This document shows, piece by piece, positions 1-13,223 of a DNA stretch of 64,000 bases. The position numbers and the translations under genes are program-made. Location: assembly GCA_963674965.2 (NCBI GenBank), contig CAXXFL010000002.1, forward strand, positions 576,001-640,000, read 5' to 3'. The stretch's first letter is position 1. Every line of letters begins with the position of its first letter. The stretch is from a bacterium (GTDB lineage Bacteria; RBG-13-61-14; DATKZS01). The notes under the pieces are model-generated. The model was given only the letters and a program-made list of their open reading frames with translations, did not search any database and was not told where the DNA came from.

Positions 1-270
1 CGGAATGAGCGCGAAAAAGATTACAATTAGAGGCGCCAGGCCGTAGTATCCCCAATCAGCACATGACGCGTCCTCCTCCGCCGCCGCCCGGCATTTTGAG
101 TCGTCCGGCTCGCAATGATACTCCTGAATTATGCTCTCGCGCTGGTTTTCAATTTCATGCGCATAGTAAAGGACCGCCGCCAGAGTTACGATAATATATC
201 CCGCTATCAGGATCAGGTTTATCAGACCAAATGCGGACGCCAAATTCCCATATAGTCTTCTTGAACTCAT
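1..270 (-). CDS. Hypothetical membrane protein (5' part; continues beyond window start)
   Basis: Not in the ORF track. My translation from ATG at 270 (GAGGAG RBS upstream) reads MSSRRLYGNLASAFGLINLILIAGYIIVTLAAVLYY..., stays open to position 1 and has two hydrophobic stretches. Confidence 0.6.
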   Translation of the reverse strand, partial: MSSRRLYGNLASAFGLINLILIAGYIIVTLAAVLYYAHEIENQRESIIQEYHCEPDDSKCRAAAEEDASCADWGYYGLAPLIVIFFALIP

Positions 271-717
271 CAAGCTCCTCACGGCCGCCCCAAAACGAGC
301 GATCGATCAGGAGCTTACCGCCTGAATGTGAAGGAAATATGGCTAAAATAAGGAACGTCGCGGCGTGACGCGTCTTTTTTGCGACTCCCTCGCGGAGTTG
401 GGAAAGGACTTCGCCCAACGGACTATTGCGCCCCAAGGCGAAAAAATGCCGGACGAACGAAAATTGCGGCGAGAAATCCCTTTTGGAATTACGATTTAGA
501 TATGAAAAGAAGCGGGACTTAAGGAAATTAGAGGACTGGACGGTGATTTGCAACGGCCCCGAAAATTAGTGATCCGTGAGGAGCTTATTTTGGTACACCC
601 GTCTCGCGTCGCAAGAGCCACACGGTTTTCATAAGAACCTTTGGGGGGTTCTTCGGAACCCCTCACGCGGCAATTAGAAACCTTGACGCATCTATCGGGC
701 GTGTATTATATTGTAAA

Positions 718-903
718 AAGCTTCTTGCAAAAGCCCTTTTCTTGGCGGCATAGCCGCTTTGGAGTGCGGTCGCTTGAGACCGCTTTCGATGGCCTTGGCT
801 TGACAAGGCCTAACAATAAAACGGCTTGCCTCGCGTCAAGCCGCTCGGAAGAAAAGCGGCGTCGAGCCGCCGCACTCCAAAGCTGTGCTTTTGCAAGAGG
901 CTC
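718..903 (+). repeat. Family A element copy A1 (186 bp; REP doublet inside terminal inverted repeats)
   Basis: Near-identical to 35264-35449, 38910-39095 and the split copy 52774-54411. Ends are aAGCTTCTTGCAAAA and TTTTGCAAGAGGCTC. No target duplication is visible for this copy. Confidence 0.9.
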
Positions 904-941
904 CTTCACCAATTAATTATCAGAAGCTCATGATTTTTTTC

Positions 942-970
942 TTGACAAGCCGCGTCGATTATGCTAAATC
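942..970 (+). promoter_or_regulatory. Putative sigma70 promoter
   Basis: TTGACA-17 bp-TAAATC with TG at the extended -10 position, upstream of a long structured leader. Confidence 0.4.
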
Positions 971-1430
971 AAGCGATTGATTGAATGAGTTGCCGGTTGA
1001 ATCGGCTTGTATGGTAAAGCTTTAGCTCACTGATTATTTTGTCCAATCGAGCCCCGGTTGATTTCTGGGCCGTAAGACTCTGGACGGCGCGTCGCTCCAC
1101 CCCGGATGGCGGCCGCTAGGACAGGGTCTTACCGCCGAGAAATTATAACTTTTTTGGGGAGAGTAGCGGGGAGGATTCCGGCCTGAAGGGACGCGCGTTT
1201 ATCTTGGCGTGGGCCGAAATCTCCCCGCGATAAAAACAGCGCGGGCATAACGGTCCTTTCTTGAAGTAGATTATTGGCGTAAACTGGCGGATACATTAGC
1301 CATTATAGGCCGATTTCCGCGAGGAAGCTTTCAAGCCGTACCCCCCGTCACTCGGGAGTAAGTCGTACCCGAATGATACGAGCTTCCATTTGCCGCGACA
1401 AGCAAGTCGCGCGTGGCGGAGTTTTCGATC

Positions 1431-2846
1431 ATGAAGGGTAGACATTCTTATCTTGTTGTATTAACATATATTTTAATTTCGACTTGCCTTATAATTCCCT
1501 CCTCCAGGGCGTCCGTTCCCCAGTCAACGCTGGGAAGATACTATGACCTGGTCGAGGTCCCGGGCGACATGCTGGATTCAGCCGCTGGACATGAGATAAA
1601 GAGTCTGGCCCTGTACGCCAAAAAGAACGGCGCCTGGGATCAGGTCCTTGTTCAGGTTGACGAGAAAACGGAGAAGGGAGACTTTGTCCTGCCAAAGGGA
1701 CCGGAGGCAAACGGGTCCGAGGCTGACGGCAAGTTCGACGCGCGGGACGTGATTGCCTTTATGGCGCGTGACGCCGGCGAGAAGGCGGCCGAGGGCGAGA
1801 TTCCGGACGGAGTCTCGGCCATGGATGAAATTGAGCTTAAAGACCCGGACTCGGGAAAGAGCGCCTGGATATACCTGGCCGTCCATGACGGAAACGCGCC
1901 CGAGTGCAAGGCCGAGCCGGTTGCGAAGTTGATAGACACGGGCGGGGTATTCAATTTCCGCTTTCCCAGCTACGGCTATGACGGACTGATTAACGCCAAG
2001 GAAAAGAAGGACACGCCCACCATATTCATCAATAAGCTTTGGGTGACGAAAAGGGCGGGGGGCAACGAGCGGAACATCCTGGACCGCCAGAAGATACGAG
2101 GCTCGATCACTTTTCTGGGCGGCGTTATCGAGGTCCCCATCAACGAGAGCATCGTGAGCGGGGGAGTATCGGCGTACAAGTCGGGCCCGGTCAGGATAAT
2201 AACCCATTCCCAGATGTACCCGCTTTTTCCCATGGGGATCAAGGGTCCCAAGTTTTATATCGACTCGATAATGTCGGACACCCTGACCCTGACCACGACC
2301 ACCATGTCCGTTCCCTTTGATCCGGGGTCGCTCATCCACGACATGACCCTGGCCTTTTCCACCGACCTCACGCCCTCGGCCAAGGGCATGCTTTACTATA
2401 ATTCCCGGAACCTGGAGGGAGTCGAGATCGACGGCAAGATGGACGACAAGGAGAAGGGGCTGGACAAGGGCAAGGACGAATGGCGCATGACCACGGGGCC
2501 GCAGGGAACGCAGATACAGTTCACCCGCTTCGATCCCAAGTTCCTGAAAAACGGCGAGGCGTCCTCCACATATAACGACGACGAGACCGATGAAAACCCG
2601 CCCGAGAACTTTCCCGGCGACGTGGGGGCGGCGGCCGACCAGATAGTGATCAAGAGCCTGGAGGCCGGCTCCTATAAGATACACACCTTCGGCTGCGTGC
2701 CGGAGAATTTCTACCAGGGACGAGAGCTGGACAAGGAGCACCTCGAGGCCGTGCTGGCCGTGCCCAACCGGCCCATCTCGATCATGGCCTCGGGCAAGGA
2801 AATCAAGAATCAGGGCGGGACCCCAAGAGGCGTGATCGAAAAATAG
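1431..2846 (+). CDS. Secreted hypothetical protein
   Basis: Long ORF with GC3-biased codons and an N-terminal signal peptide (probable start ATG 1431). No family recognised. Confidence 0.8.
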   Translation: MKGRHSYLVVLTYILISTCLIIPSSRASVPQSTLGRYYDLVEVPGDMLDSAAGHEIKSLALYAKKNGAWDQVLVQVDEKTEKGDFVLPKGPEANGSEADGKFDARDVIAFMARDAGEKAAEGEIPDGVSAMDEIELKDPDSGKSAWIYLAVHDGNAPECKAEPVAKLIDTGGVFNFRFPSYGYDGLINAKEKKDTPTIFINKLWVTKRAGGNERNILDRQKIRGSITFLGGVIEVPINESIVSGGVSAYKSGPVRIITHSQMYPLFPMGIKGPKFYIDSIMSDTLTLTTTTMSVPFDPGSLIHDMTLAFSTDLTPSAKGMLYYNSRNLEGVEIDGKMDDKEKGLDKGKDEWRMTTGPQGTQIQFTRFDPKFLKNGEASSTYNDDETDENPPENFPGDVGAAADQIVIKSLEAGSYKIHTFGCVPENFYQGRELDKEHLEAVLAVPNRPISIMASGKEIKNQGGTPRGVIEK

Positions 2847-3039
2847 TCGTCTTCTCCTCGACCTCTTAAGAACTCGTAATAAACGTTTCGAGGCGTTCGA
2901 GTCGCGTTTAATAATCTCAGGTTTTTACGGGGCGCTTCAATACTCTCCGTCGATTCCCGTTTGACATATTGCGCCTGATGGATAATATGTCCATGGGGAT
3001 TTCCCAACCTTTTCAACTCACAGGGGGAGGAGTGAAGTC

Positions 3040-4353
3040 ATGAGAGTTAAAAACTCTATAGCGCGAGTATGTTTTTTCTTGGTTCTTTCAGCCGCGGCTC
3101 TGGCCTGGACGGCTTCCGCGCCTCAGTTGATAAACTACCAGGGAAGGTTATCCGACGGACTTGGCCAGCCGCTCGATAACGGATCGACGGTTGATTTGAC
3201 CTTCGCCTTTTACGGGGTTGAGTCGGGCTCGACCCCACTTTTTCTCACGGTCCTCCAGGAGGACGTGCTGGTGAACGGGGGATTATATAGCGCGCTTATC
3301 GGCTCGGGATCGATAATTCCTGGCGCGGAGAATGATCTAGCCTCGGTTTTCCAAAACCATCGGGACGTGTGGATGGGCGTTAAAGTCGACTCCGACCCCG
3401 AGATGACTCCCAGGCAAAGAATAACCAGCGCGCCCTACGCTCTCAAGGTCGATCCCGGCTGGCTTACCGCCTTTTTCAATAAAAGTGACTTTGACGGAGA
3501 CGGCTATGCCAAGGTGATGGACGGTGACACGGCCACCACGGACTGCAACGACGGCGACGCCTCGATCAACCCCGGCGCGGAAGAGAATTGCACCGACGGC
3601 GTGGACAATGATTGTAACGGACTTGCCGACGGCATGGACCCCGTTTGTCTGGGGCATGTTCCGGCGGGATGCTACTACATGGGGGACCACTTCAATGAAG
3701 GCAACTCCAATGAGCTTCCGGTCCATTACGTTTGTATTACCTCGGACATGTACATGGACGTCCATGAGGTAACCAACGCCGAGTACAAGGCCTGCGTGGA
3801 CGCGGCCGCGTGCACGGTCCCGGGCGACACGAGCAGCGACACTCGCTCTCCTTATTACGGAAACCCGGCCTATGACGATTACCCCGTGATTTACGTCAGT
3901 TGGAACCAGGCGACGGCCTACTGCTCCTGGGCGGGGAAGCGCCTTCCCACCGAGGCCGAGTGGGAGTACGCGGCCCGGGGAGGTCTTGAGGGCAAGCGTT
4001 ATTTTTGGGGTGACACCTTGACGGGGTCGGAGGCCAATTACTACGACTCGGGCGATCCCTTTGACAACGACACTTCTCCGGTGGGTTACTTTCCGCCCAA
4101 CGGCTATGGACTTTACGACATGGCGGGGAACGCCTGGGAATGGGTCAATGACAGGTATTACTCCTTATATTATCAATACTGCGTGGACAATACCATCGTC
4201 AATGACCCTCCCGGCTATTTTTCCGGTACCAATCGCGTTATTCGAAGCGGCGGATGGAACGGCGACTCGCCTTATATCCGCGCGTCATACAAGTTCAACG
4301 CTTCTCCAACGTATCAGGGATATCACATCGGCTTCCGGTGCGTTCGAAACTAA
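3040..4353 (+). CDS. Secreted FGE-sulfatase/SUMF1 (C-type lectin-like fold) domain protein with putative metal-binding repeat
   Basis: Signal peptide; PQLINYQGRL N-terminal module; DCNDxDxxxNPGAxExCxDGVDNDC repeat; RLPTEAEWEYAARGG, NGYGLYDMAGNAWEW and GFRC motifs. Confidence 0.9.
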   Translation: MRVKNSIARVCFFLVLSAAALAWTASAPQLINYQGRLSDGLGQPLDNGSTVDLTFAFYGVESGSTPLFLTVLQEDVLVNGGLYSALIGSGSIIPGAENDLASVFQNHRDVWMGVKVDSDPEMTPRQRITSAPYALKVDPGWLTAFFNKSDFDGDGYAKVMDGDTATTDCNDGDASINPGAEENCTDGVDNDCNGLADGMDPVCLGHVPAGCYYMGDHFNEGNSNELPVHYVCITSDMYMDVHEVTNAEYKACVDAAACTVPGDTSSDTRSPYYGNPAYDDYPVIYVSWNQATAYCSWAGKRLPTEAEWEYAARGGLEGKRYFWGDTLTGSEANYYDSGDPFDNDTSPVGYFPPNGYGLYDMAGNAWEWVNDRYYSLYYQYCVDNTIVNDPPGYFSGTNRVIRSGGWNGDSPYIRASYKFNASPTYQGYHIGFRCVRN

Positions 4354-4358
4354 GTCCC

Positions 4359-6362
4359 TTACTTAAACAGGCCGGGGAACGAGCACTCGATCATCTCGAT
4401 CACGGCCTTGCCGTTGAAGCCGAACTTCTCGGCCAGGACCTTGCCGGGGGCCGAGGCCCCGAAGCGGTCCATGCCGAGCGTCAGGCCCTTGAGTCCGGCG
4501 TACTTGCCCCAGCCGAAGGACACTCCGGCCTCGATGACCACGCGGTTATCGAGGGAGGGCGGGATGACCGAGTCCCTGTACGACTGGTCCTGCGCCTCGA
4601 ACTTTTCCAGGCAGGGCATGCTGACCACCCGGCACTTGACGCCCCTGGCCGTAAAGCTTTCGTAGGCCTCCATGGCCAGTGCCACTTCCGAGCCGGTGGC
4701 GATAATCACAAGGTCCGGGTCTCCCTCCCCGGCCAGGACGTAGCCGCCTTTTTTCAGGCCCTCGGCCGCCGCGTATTTCGACCGGTCAATCACCGGCAGA
4801 CCCTGCCGCGTGAGGCAAAGAGCGGTGGGACCGTCCTTTCTCCGGATGGCCTCGACCCAGGCCATGCCCGTCTCGGCGGCGTCGGCCGGCCTGATGACGT
4901 GGAGGTTGGGAATGACGCGAAGTGACGACACGTGCTCGATGGGCTGGTGGGTTGGCCCGTCCTCACCCACGAATATGCTGTCGTGAGTAAACACGTAAAT
5001 GACGCGAAGACCCATGAGGGCCGCGAGCCTGACGGGCGGCCTCATGTAGTCGGCGAAAACCAAAAAGGTCCCGCAATAGGGAATGAAGCCGTAAAGCGCC
5101 ATGCCGTTGGCCAGGGAACCCATGGCGTGCTCGCGGATGCCGAAGCGGAGGTTGACCCCCTCGTAGTTCTCGCGCGATACCGATAGCTTTTTCTTTATTA
5201 GCGTGTTGTTGGAGGGCGCCAGGTCGGCCGATCCCCCGATCAGGAAGGGCGTGGCCTTGGCCGCCTCCTGCAGGACCGCTCCGGACGCCTTGCGGGTGGC
5301 CACGGGTCCGTCGGACTTGGCCGCGGCCATGAGCACCTCCTCGAGGTCCGCCGGCGCGTCTCCCTTCAGGAAGACCTCGAGAAGGGCCGCCCGCTCGGGC
5401 TCCTCCTTCTTGAAATCCTCGAGCGTCTTCTTCCACGACTCGTACCGGGTGAGCTTGGGGGCGAGGGCCGTCTTGATGAATTCCTTCACCTCGTCCGTGA
5501 CCGCGAACTCGGGTTCCTCCCAGGCCAGGCATTCCCGGGCGCCCTGAATCTCGACCTCGCCGAGGGGAGCCCCGTGAGCGTCGGGCGTGCCCACCTTGGT
5601 GGGACAGCCGTAGCCGATCCTGGTCTTGCACATGATCAAGCTGGGTTTGCCCGTCTCGGCCTTGGCCTTGTCGATGGCGTCGCTCACGGCTTTCTTGTCA
5701 AGTCCGTCTACTTTCTGCACGTGCCAGCCCTGGGCCAGGAAACGCGCTCCCACGTCCTCGGAGAAAGCCAGGGCCGTCGGCCCCTCGATGGTCACGTCGT
5801 TGTCGTCGTAGAGGAAAACGAGGTTCCCCAGGGCCAGGTGTCCGGCCAGGGAGCAGGCCTCGGAGGCGATGCCCTCCATGAGGTCCCCGTCCGAGACGAT
5901 GGCGTACACCATGTGGTCGATCACGGAATACTTGGGCGTGTTGATTCTGGCGGCGAGAAGTTTCGCGGCCAGGGCCATGCCCACGGCGTTGCCCACGCCC
6001 TGCCCCAGCGGCCCGGTGGTGGTCTCGACGCCGGGTGTCATTTTATACTCTGGATGTCCGGGGGTTTTGGACTCCCACTGGCGAAAGTTTTTAATGTCCT
6101 CGATTGACAGGTCGAACCCAAAAAGGTGGAGCAGCGAATAAAGGAGCATGGAGCCGTGTCCCGCGCTGAGCACGAACCTGTCCCGGTTCGGCCAGCCTGG
6201 ATCGCGGGGATTGAAGTTCAGGTGGCCGGCCCAAAGGGCCAGTCCCACGTCGGCGGCGCCCATGGGCATGCCGGGATGTCCCGACTTGGCGCGCTCGACG
6301 GCCTCGGCGCTAAGCATCCTTATGGTGGTGGCGGTTTTGTCCGCTGCCTTGTTCCATTCCAT
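4359..6362 (-). CDS. tkt: Transketolase
   Basis: [15 protein letters not shown], GDGxxxEG-like ThDP motif, FGIREHAM, [16 protein letters not shown]. Confidence 0.98.
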   Translation of the reverse strand: MEWNKAADKTATTIRMLSAEAVERAKSGHPGMPMGAADVGLALWAGHLNFNPRDPGWPNRDRFVLSAGHGSMLLYSLLHLFGFDLSIEDIKNFRQWESKTPGHPEYKMTPGVETTTGPLGQGVGNAVGMALAAKLLAARINTPKYSVIDHMVYAIVSDGDLMEGIASEACSLAGHLALGNLVFLYDDNDVTIEGPTALAFSEDVGARFLAQGWHVQKVDGLDKKAVSDAIDKAKAETGKPSLIMCKTRIGYGCPTKVGTPDAHGAPLGEVEIQGARECLAWEEPEFAVTDEVKEFIKTALAPKLTRYESWKKTLEDFKKEEPERAALLEVFLKGDAPADLEEVLMAAAKSDGPVATRKASGAVLQEAAKATPFLIGGSADLAPSNNTLIKKKLSVSRENYEGVNLRFGIREHAMGSLANGMALYGFIPYCGTFLVFADYMRPPVRLAALMGLRVIYVFTHDSIFVGEDGPTHQPIEHVSSLRVIPNLHVIRPADAAETGMAWVEAIRRKDGPTALCLTRQGLPVIDRSKYAAAEGLKKGGYVLAGEGDPDLVIIATGSEVALAMEAYESFTARGVKCRVVSMPCLEKFEAQDQSYRDSVIPPSLDNRVVIEAGVSFGWGKYAGLKGLTLGMDRFGASAPGKVLAEKFGFNGKAVIEMIECSFPGLFK

Positions 6363-6463
6363 TTTTTATCCTCCTTAACTCGTGAGCGCCCGCGCTTTTC
6401 GCGCGGACGCCCATGTGACGTTTCGGTCCTTCCCCTCACCGCCGAGAAGGGGAAGGCCCGCCT

Positions 6464-7726
<1,263 letters not shown>

Positions 7727-7782
7727 TTAAAATCTCCTTCGCGCCGCGGGTCTCCCGGGACGGGGCCCGCCGTTTTCGCCAA

Positions 7783-8967
7783 TCATCCGATCAGCTTGGA
7801 GGCCGCGCCGGACAAGATTTTGGCCTTGTCGGTGGCCTCCCAGGTTAATTCCTTTTCCTTCCTTCCAAAGTGTCCGTAGGCCGCGGTGGTTTTGTAGATG
7901 GGCCGGAGGAGCTTTAAGTCCTCGATGATGGCCCGCGGCCTCAGGTCGAACACCTCGAGGACGAGGTTGGCTATATCGTCCTCATGCATGGCCGAGGTCC
8001 CGTCGGTATAGACGTTGACGTAGACCGACATGGGTTTTGCCACGCCGATGGCGTAGGCGATCTGGACCTCGCAGCGTTTGGCAATCTTGGCCGCCACGAT
8101 GTTCTTGGCGATATACCTGGCCATGTAGGCGCCGCTCCGGTCCACCTTGGAGGGGTCCTTGCCGGAGAAGGCCCCGCCCCCGTGCCGGCCCATGCCCCCG
8201 TAGGTGTCGACGATTATCTTTCTGCCCGTGAGACCGCAGTCCCCGTGGGGACCGCCGATAACGAACCTGCCCGTGGGATTGATATGGAACTTGGTGTTCC
8301 TGGTGATCATCCTGGCGGGCACGATCTTTTTAACGACCTCCTCGAGTATCCCCTCCTTGAGGTCCTTGGTCTTGACCTCGGGGTCGTGCTGGGCCGCGAT
8401 AACCACGGCCGTTACCTCCTTGGGCTTGCCGGCCAGGTAATTGATGGTCACCTGGCTCTTGCCGTCGGGCCGAAGCCAGGGAAGCTTCTTGTTTTTTCTA
8501 ACGGCGGCCAGCTTCTCGGTGAGCCTGTGCGCCATATAGATGGGCATGGGCATGAGCTGGGGCGTCTCGTCGCAGGCGAAGCCGAACATCATGCCCTGGT
8601 CTCCCGCGCCCTGGTCCTTGCTGGGCGTCGAGTCCACGCCCCGAGCGATGTCGGGCGACTGCTGGTCCAGGCTCACGAGCACGGCGCACTCGTCGGCCGA
8701 GAAGCCCATGGCCCCGTCGGTGTATCCTATGCCCCTTACCGTGTCCCTCACGATGGCGGGCACGTCGATCTGGTTGAGACCCGTCGACGTGATCTCGCCC
8801 GCGACCACGGCCATTCCCGTGGTAACGAGCGTCTCGCAGGCGACCCTGCTCATTTTGTCCTTGGCCAGAAGCGCGTCAAGGATCGAGTCCGATACCTGGT
8901 CCGCCACCTTGTCCGGGTGTCCCTCAGTGACCGACTCGGACGTGAAGAGAAAATCTTTTTTCCACAT
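7783..8967 (-). CDS. metK: S-adenosylmethionine synthetase
   Basis: [28 protein letters not shown] signatures. Confidence 0.99.
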   Translation of the reverse strand: MWKKDFLFTSESVTEGHPDKVADQVSDSILDALLAKDKMSRVACETLVTTGMAVVAGEITSTGLNQIDVPAIVRDTVRGIGYTDGAMGFSADECAVLVSLDQQSPDIARGVDSTPSKDQGAGDQGMMFGFACDETPQLMPMPIYMAHRLTEKLAAVRKNKKLPWLRPDGKSQVTINYLAGKPKEVTAVVIAAQHDPEVKTKDLKEGILEEVVKKIVPARMITRNTKFHINPTGRFVIGGPHGDCGLTGRKIIVDTYGGMGRHGGGAFSGKDPSKVDRSGAYMARYIAKNIVAAKIAKRCEVQIAYAIGVAKPMSVYVNVYTDGTSAMHEDDIANLVLEVFDLRPRAIIEDLKLLRPIYKTTAAYGHFGRKEKELTWEATDKAKILSGAASKLIG

Positions 8968-8983
8968 CGTAACCTCCCGTTCG

Positions 8984-10789
<1,806 letters not shown>

Positions 10790-10910
10790 GCTAATTACCG
10801 CGCCGTCCCCCGCGGACGCGAGTCTCCCCTAAGGCGAGTGGATGGACCGAAGGGCTTTCCTTATCTTATCGCGTGGAATGGACCAGGTCAAAGCCGCGAA
10901 AAAAGGCCGC

Positions 10911-11186
10911 CTATTCATCCTCGCCGAAGCGGTCGGCCACCAGCTTGGCCAGGGCCTCGATGGCCTCTCTCGCGTCGGGCCCCTGGGCCCTGATCGTAAA
11001 GGACACCCCCTTGGCCGCCCCCAGGGACATAAGTCCCAAAACGCTTTTGGCGTTGGCCGTGGTGTTGTCCATCACCACCTCGATCTCGGCCTTGAACCCG
11101 GCGGCGGTGCGGCGGAAATGTCCCGCGGCGCGCGCGTGCAGGCCAAGCCGGTTTACTATAGTCACGTCTTTTTCAACCACGTCCAT
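10911..11186 (-). CDS. ptsH: Phosphocarrier protein HPr/NPr
   Basis: GLHARAA (His15) and NAKSVLG (Ser46). The real start is ATG 11186 inside the longer listed ORF. Confidence 0.93.
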   Translation of the reverse strand: MDVVEKDVTIVNRLGLHARAAGHFRRTAAGFKAEIEVVMDNTTANAKSVLGLMSLGAAKGVSFTIRAQGPDAREAIEALAKLVADRFGEDE

Positions 11187-11224
11187 TATTCCATCGGCCG
11201 GCCCCGGGGCGGGCCGTTCCCCGC

Positions 11225-11629
11225 TCAGACTTTTTTCCTCATGATCTCGGAGGCCAGGGAGATGTTTTTCTTGCCGGCCGTTTTTCCCTGCCTGGCCAGT
11301 TCCTTCAAGTCGCACCCTTCCTGATGGGTGGCGATCTTTATGACCATGGGCAGGTTCACGCCCGAGAGGACCTCGACCCTGTTCTCCTGCAAAAAGGACA
11401 AGCTCACGTTGGAGGGGGTACCCCCGAAAAGGTCGGTCAGGATGAGGACCCCCTTTCCCTTGTCCGCCGCGTTGATGGTGGCCTCGACTTTTTTGGCTAT
11501 CTCGGCTATGCCCTCCTCGGGCAGTATGGTCACGGGAATGATGTTGGAACATGGTCCCACGATCAGCTCCGTGACCTCGATCAAGTCCTTGGCCAGGTTT
11601 CCATGAGTTACGATGACGACAACGACCAT
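11225..11629 (-). CDS. PTS mannose-type EIIA component
   Basis: VTHG, LTDLFGGTPSN and GVNLPM motifs. Confidence 0.93.
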   Translation of the reverse strand: MVVVVIVTHGNLAKDLIEVTELIVGPCSNIIPVTILPEEGIAEIAKKVEATINAADKGKGVLILTDLFGGTPSNVSLSFLQENRVEVLSGVNLPMVIKIATHQEGCDLKELARQGKTAGKKNISLASEIMRKKV

Positions 11630-11630
11630 T

Positions 11631-12599
11631 CTATTCCACCTCGCCGCCCGTGTGATCGAGAGCTCCCGGTGAGGACGTCAGGCCCTTGAGCAGTCTTTCC
11701 TGGAAAAGACGGGCCGAGTGATGTCCTCTCTGCTTGAGAATGTGATTGCGCGCGGCGACCTCGACGATCGAGCTCACGTTCCGGCCCGGCCGGACGGGAA
11801 TGGTAAGATGGGGCACCTCGACGCCCAGGATGGGATAGGTTTCCTCGTCCAGTCCCAGGCGGTCGTAGTCCTTTCCCTCCTCCCATTCCACCAGCTCGAT
11901 GACCAGGTCGATCCTTTTGCGGTCGCGAGTGGCCGATATCCCGAAGAGGTCTTGAATGTTGATTATTCCCAATCCGCGAATCTCCATATGGAACTGTATC
12001 ATTTCCGAGGCCCGCCCGATCAGGGATGCGTTGCCCCGGCGGTAAATCTCGACTATGTCGTCGGCCACCAGCCGGTGTCCTTTTTCCACCAGGTCCAGGG
12101 CGGTCTCGCTTTTTCCGATGCCGCTCTGGCCCAGGATGAGTATGCCCACGCCGATGACGTCGATCAGCACGCCGTGGAACCTGATCCGGGGCGCCAGATA
12201 GTCGTCCAGGAAGCGGTCCAGCCTCCTTATGAACTCTCCCGTGTCGAGCCTCGAGCCGAGGCAGGGGATGCCTTTTCCAACCAGGCTCTCCACCAGTTCC
12301 CTCGGCGGCTTGAGCTCCTTGGTGACGACCAGGACGGGAAAGTCGAACTCGAGAAGCTTGCCGATGACCTCCGTCCTCTCGGCGTCGGAGAGCATCTGGA
12401 GGTAGGCTATCTCCGCACCGCCCATGATCTGAATCTGGCCGGGGTCCAAAGAGAAATGTATGCCCGTGAGCGCCAGTCCCAGCTTGTGCACCGAGGAGTC
12501 GGTAATGGCCTTGTCCAGGCGGTCCTCCCCCGATTGGACGGACAGCTCGAGCATGTATTCGTCGTCCTCGACGAGGTCTCTTACGCTCACTCGGTTCAC
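11631..12599 (-). CDS. hprK: HPr(Ser) kinase/phosphorylase
   Basis: HGVL, GxSGIGKSETAL, LVADD, MEIRGLGII. Confidence 0.97.
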   Translation of the reverse strand: MNRVSVRDLVEDDEYMLELSVQSGEDRLDKAITDSSVHKLGLALTGIHFSLDPGQIQIMGGAEIAYLQMLSDAERTEVIGKLLEFDFPVLVVTKELKPPRELVESLVGKGIPCLGSRLDTGEFIRRLDRFLDDYLAPRIRFHGVLIDVIGVGILILGQSGIGKSETALDLVEKGHRLVADDIVEIYRRGNASLIGRASEMIQFHMEIRGLGIINIQDLFGISATRDRKRIDLVIELVEWEEGKDYDRLGLDEETYPILGVEVPHLTIPVRPGRNVSSIVEVAARNHILKQRGHHSARLFQERLLKGLTSSPGALDHTGGEVE

Positions 12600-12645
12600 T
12601 GGCCCGGTCTCCGCGTAGGGAGCATATACTTTAGGACTTTAACAG

Positions 12646-13101
12646 TCAAATGCCGGCGTCCTCCTCGGCGATGGCCTCCCATATTTCCCGGGCGTCTCCG
12701 GCCTTTATTATCCTCTCTCTCAGCGGGCTGTTGCGGCAAAGCCTGGCCACCCGGGCGAGAATCTTGAGATGGTTGGCCGTGTCGTCCACCGGGGCGAGAA
12801 GGAGGAAGAAAATTTTCGTGGGCCCGTCCTCGGCGCCGAAGTCAACGCCCGCCGGGCTTCTTCCCACGGCCATGACGAACATCTCGAGATCGGGCAGTCG
12901 GCCGTGAGGCACGGCCACTCCCCCGTTCATGGCGGTGGGCGACTGTTCCTCCCTCTCGTTAAGGACCTGGACCAGCTTCCGCGCGGGAACGGGCGACTTG
13001 TCGCCCAGTATGCCCACCAGCTCGCCAAGGACCTCGACGCGGGTCTTGCTTTTAAGGTCGGCCTCGACGTACTCGGGTTTCAGGATATCTACCAGCTTCA
13101 A
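12646..13101 (-). CDS. ptsN: PTS EIIA(Ntr)
   Basis: RE...T...GVAVPH and HLKILA motifs; located in the rpoN operon. Confidence 0.9.
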   Translation of the reverse strand: MKLVDILKPEYVEADLKSKTRVEVLGELVGILGDKSPVPARKLVQVLNEREEQSPTAMNGGVAVPHGRLPDLEMFVMAVGRSPAGVDFGAEDGPTKIFFLLLAPVDDTANHLKILARVARLCRNSPLRERIIKAGDAREIWEAIAEEDAGI

Positions 13102-13223
13102 TTAAATCTCCCAGGCGGCCCAGGGCCGGCGGCCCGCCTACAGCCGCTTTCCGTGGGTCCCAGAACGATGGAGGGGGCCGAACCCGTCCGCGGCGGACGG
13201 GGCCCGGTCCCCTTCCTCGGGTT

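Noticed and set aside
155-553. Listed 132-aa ORF
   Set aside because: It overlaps the better-supported RBS-bearing membrane-protein frame starting at 270 and has non-protein-like composition.
641-916. Short ORFs sharing FSWRHSRFGVRSLETAFDG (also 35259, 38840, 54216) and ORFs within family B repeats
   Set aside because: They are translations of the palindromic repeats, with variable starts and ends and no RBS.
3040-4353. True formylglycine-generating enzyme for the sulfatase at 19938-21338
   Set aside because: It lacks the catalytic Cys pair after the RGGS-like motif and has a secreted, multi-domain architecture.
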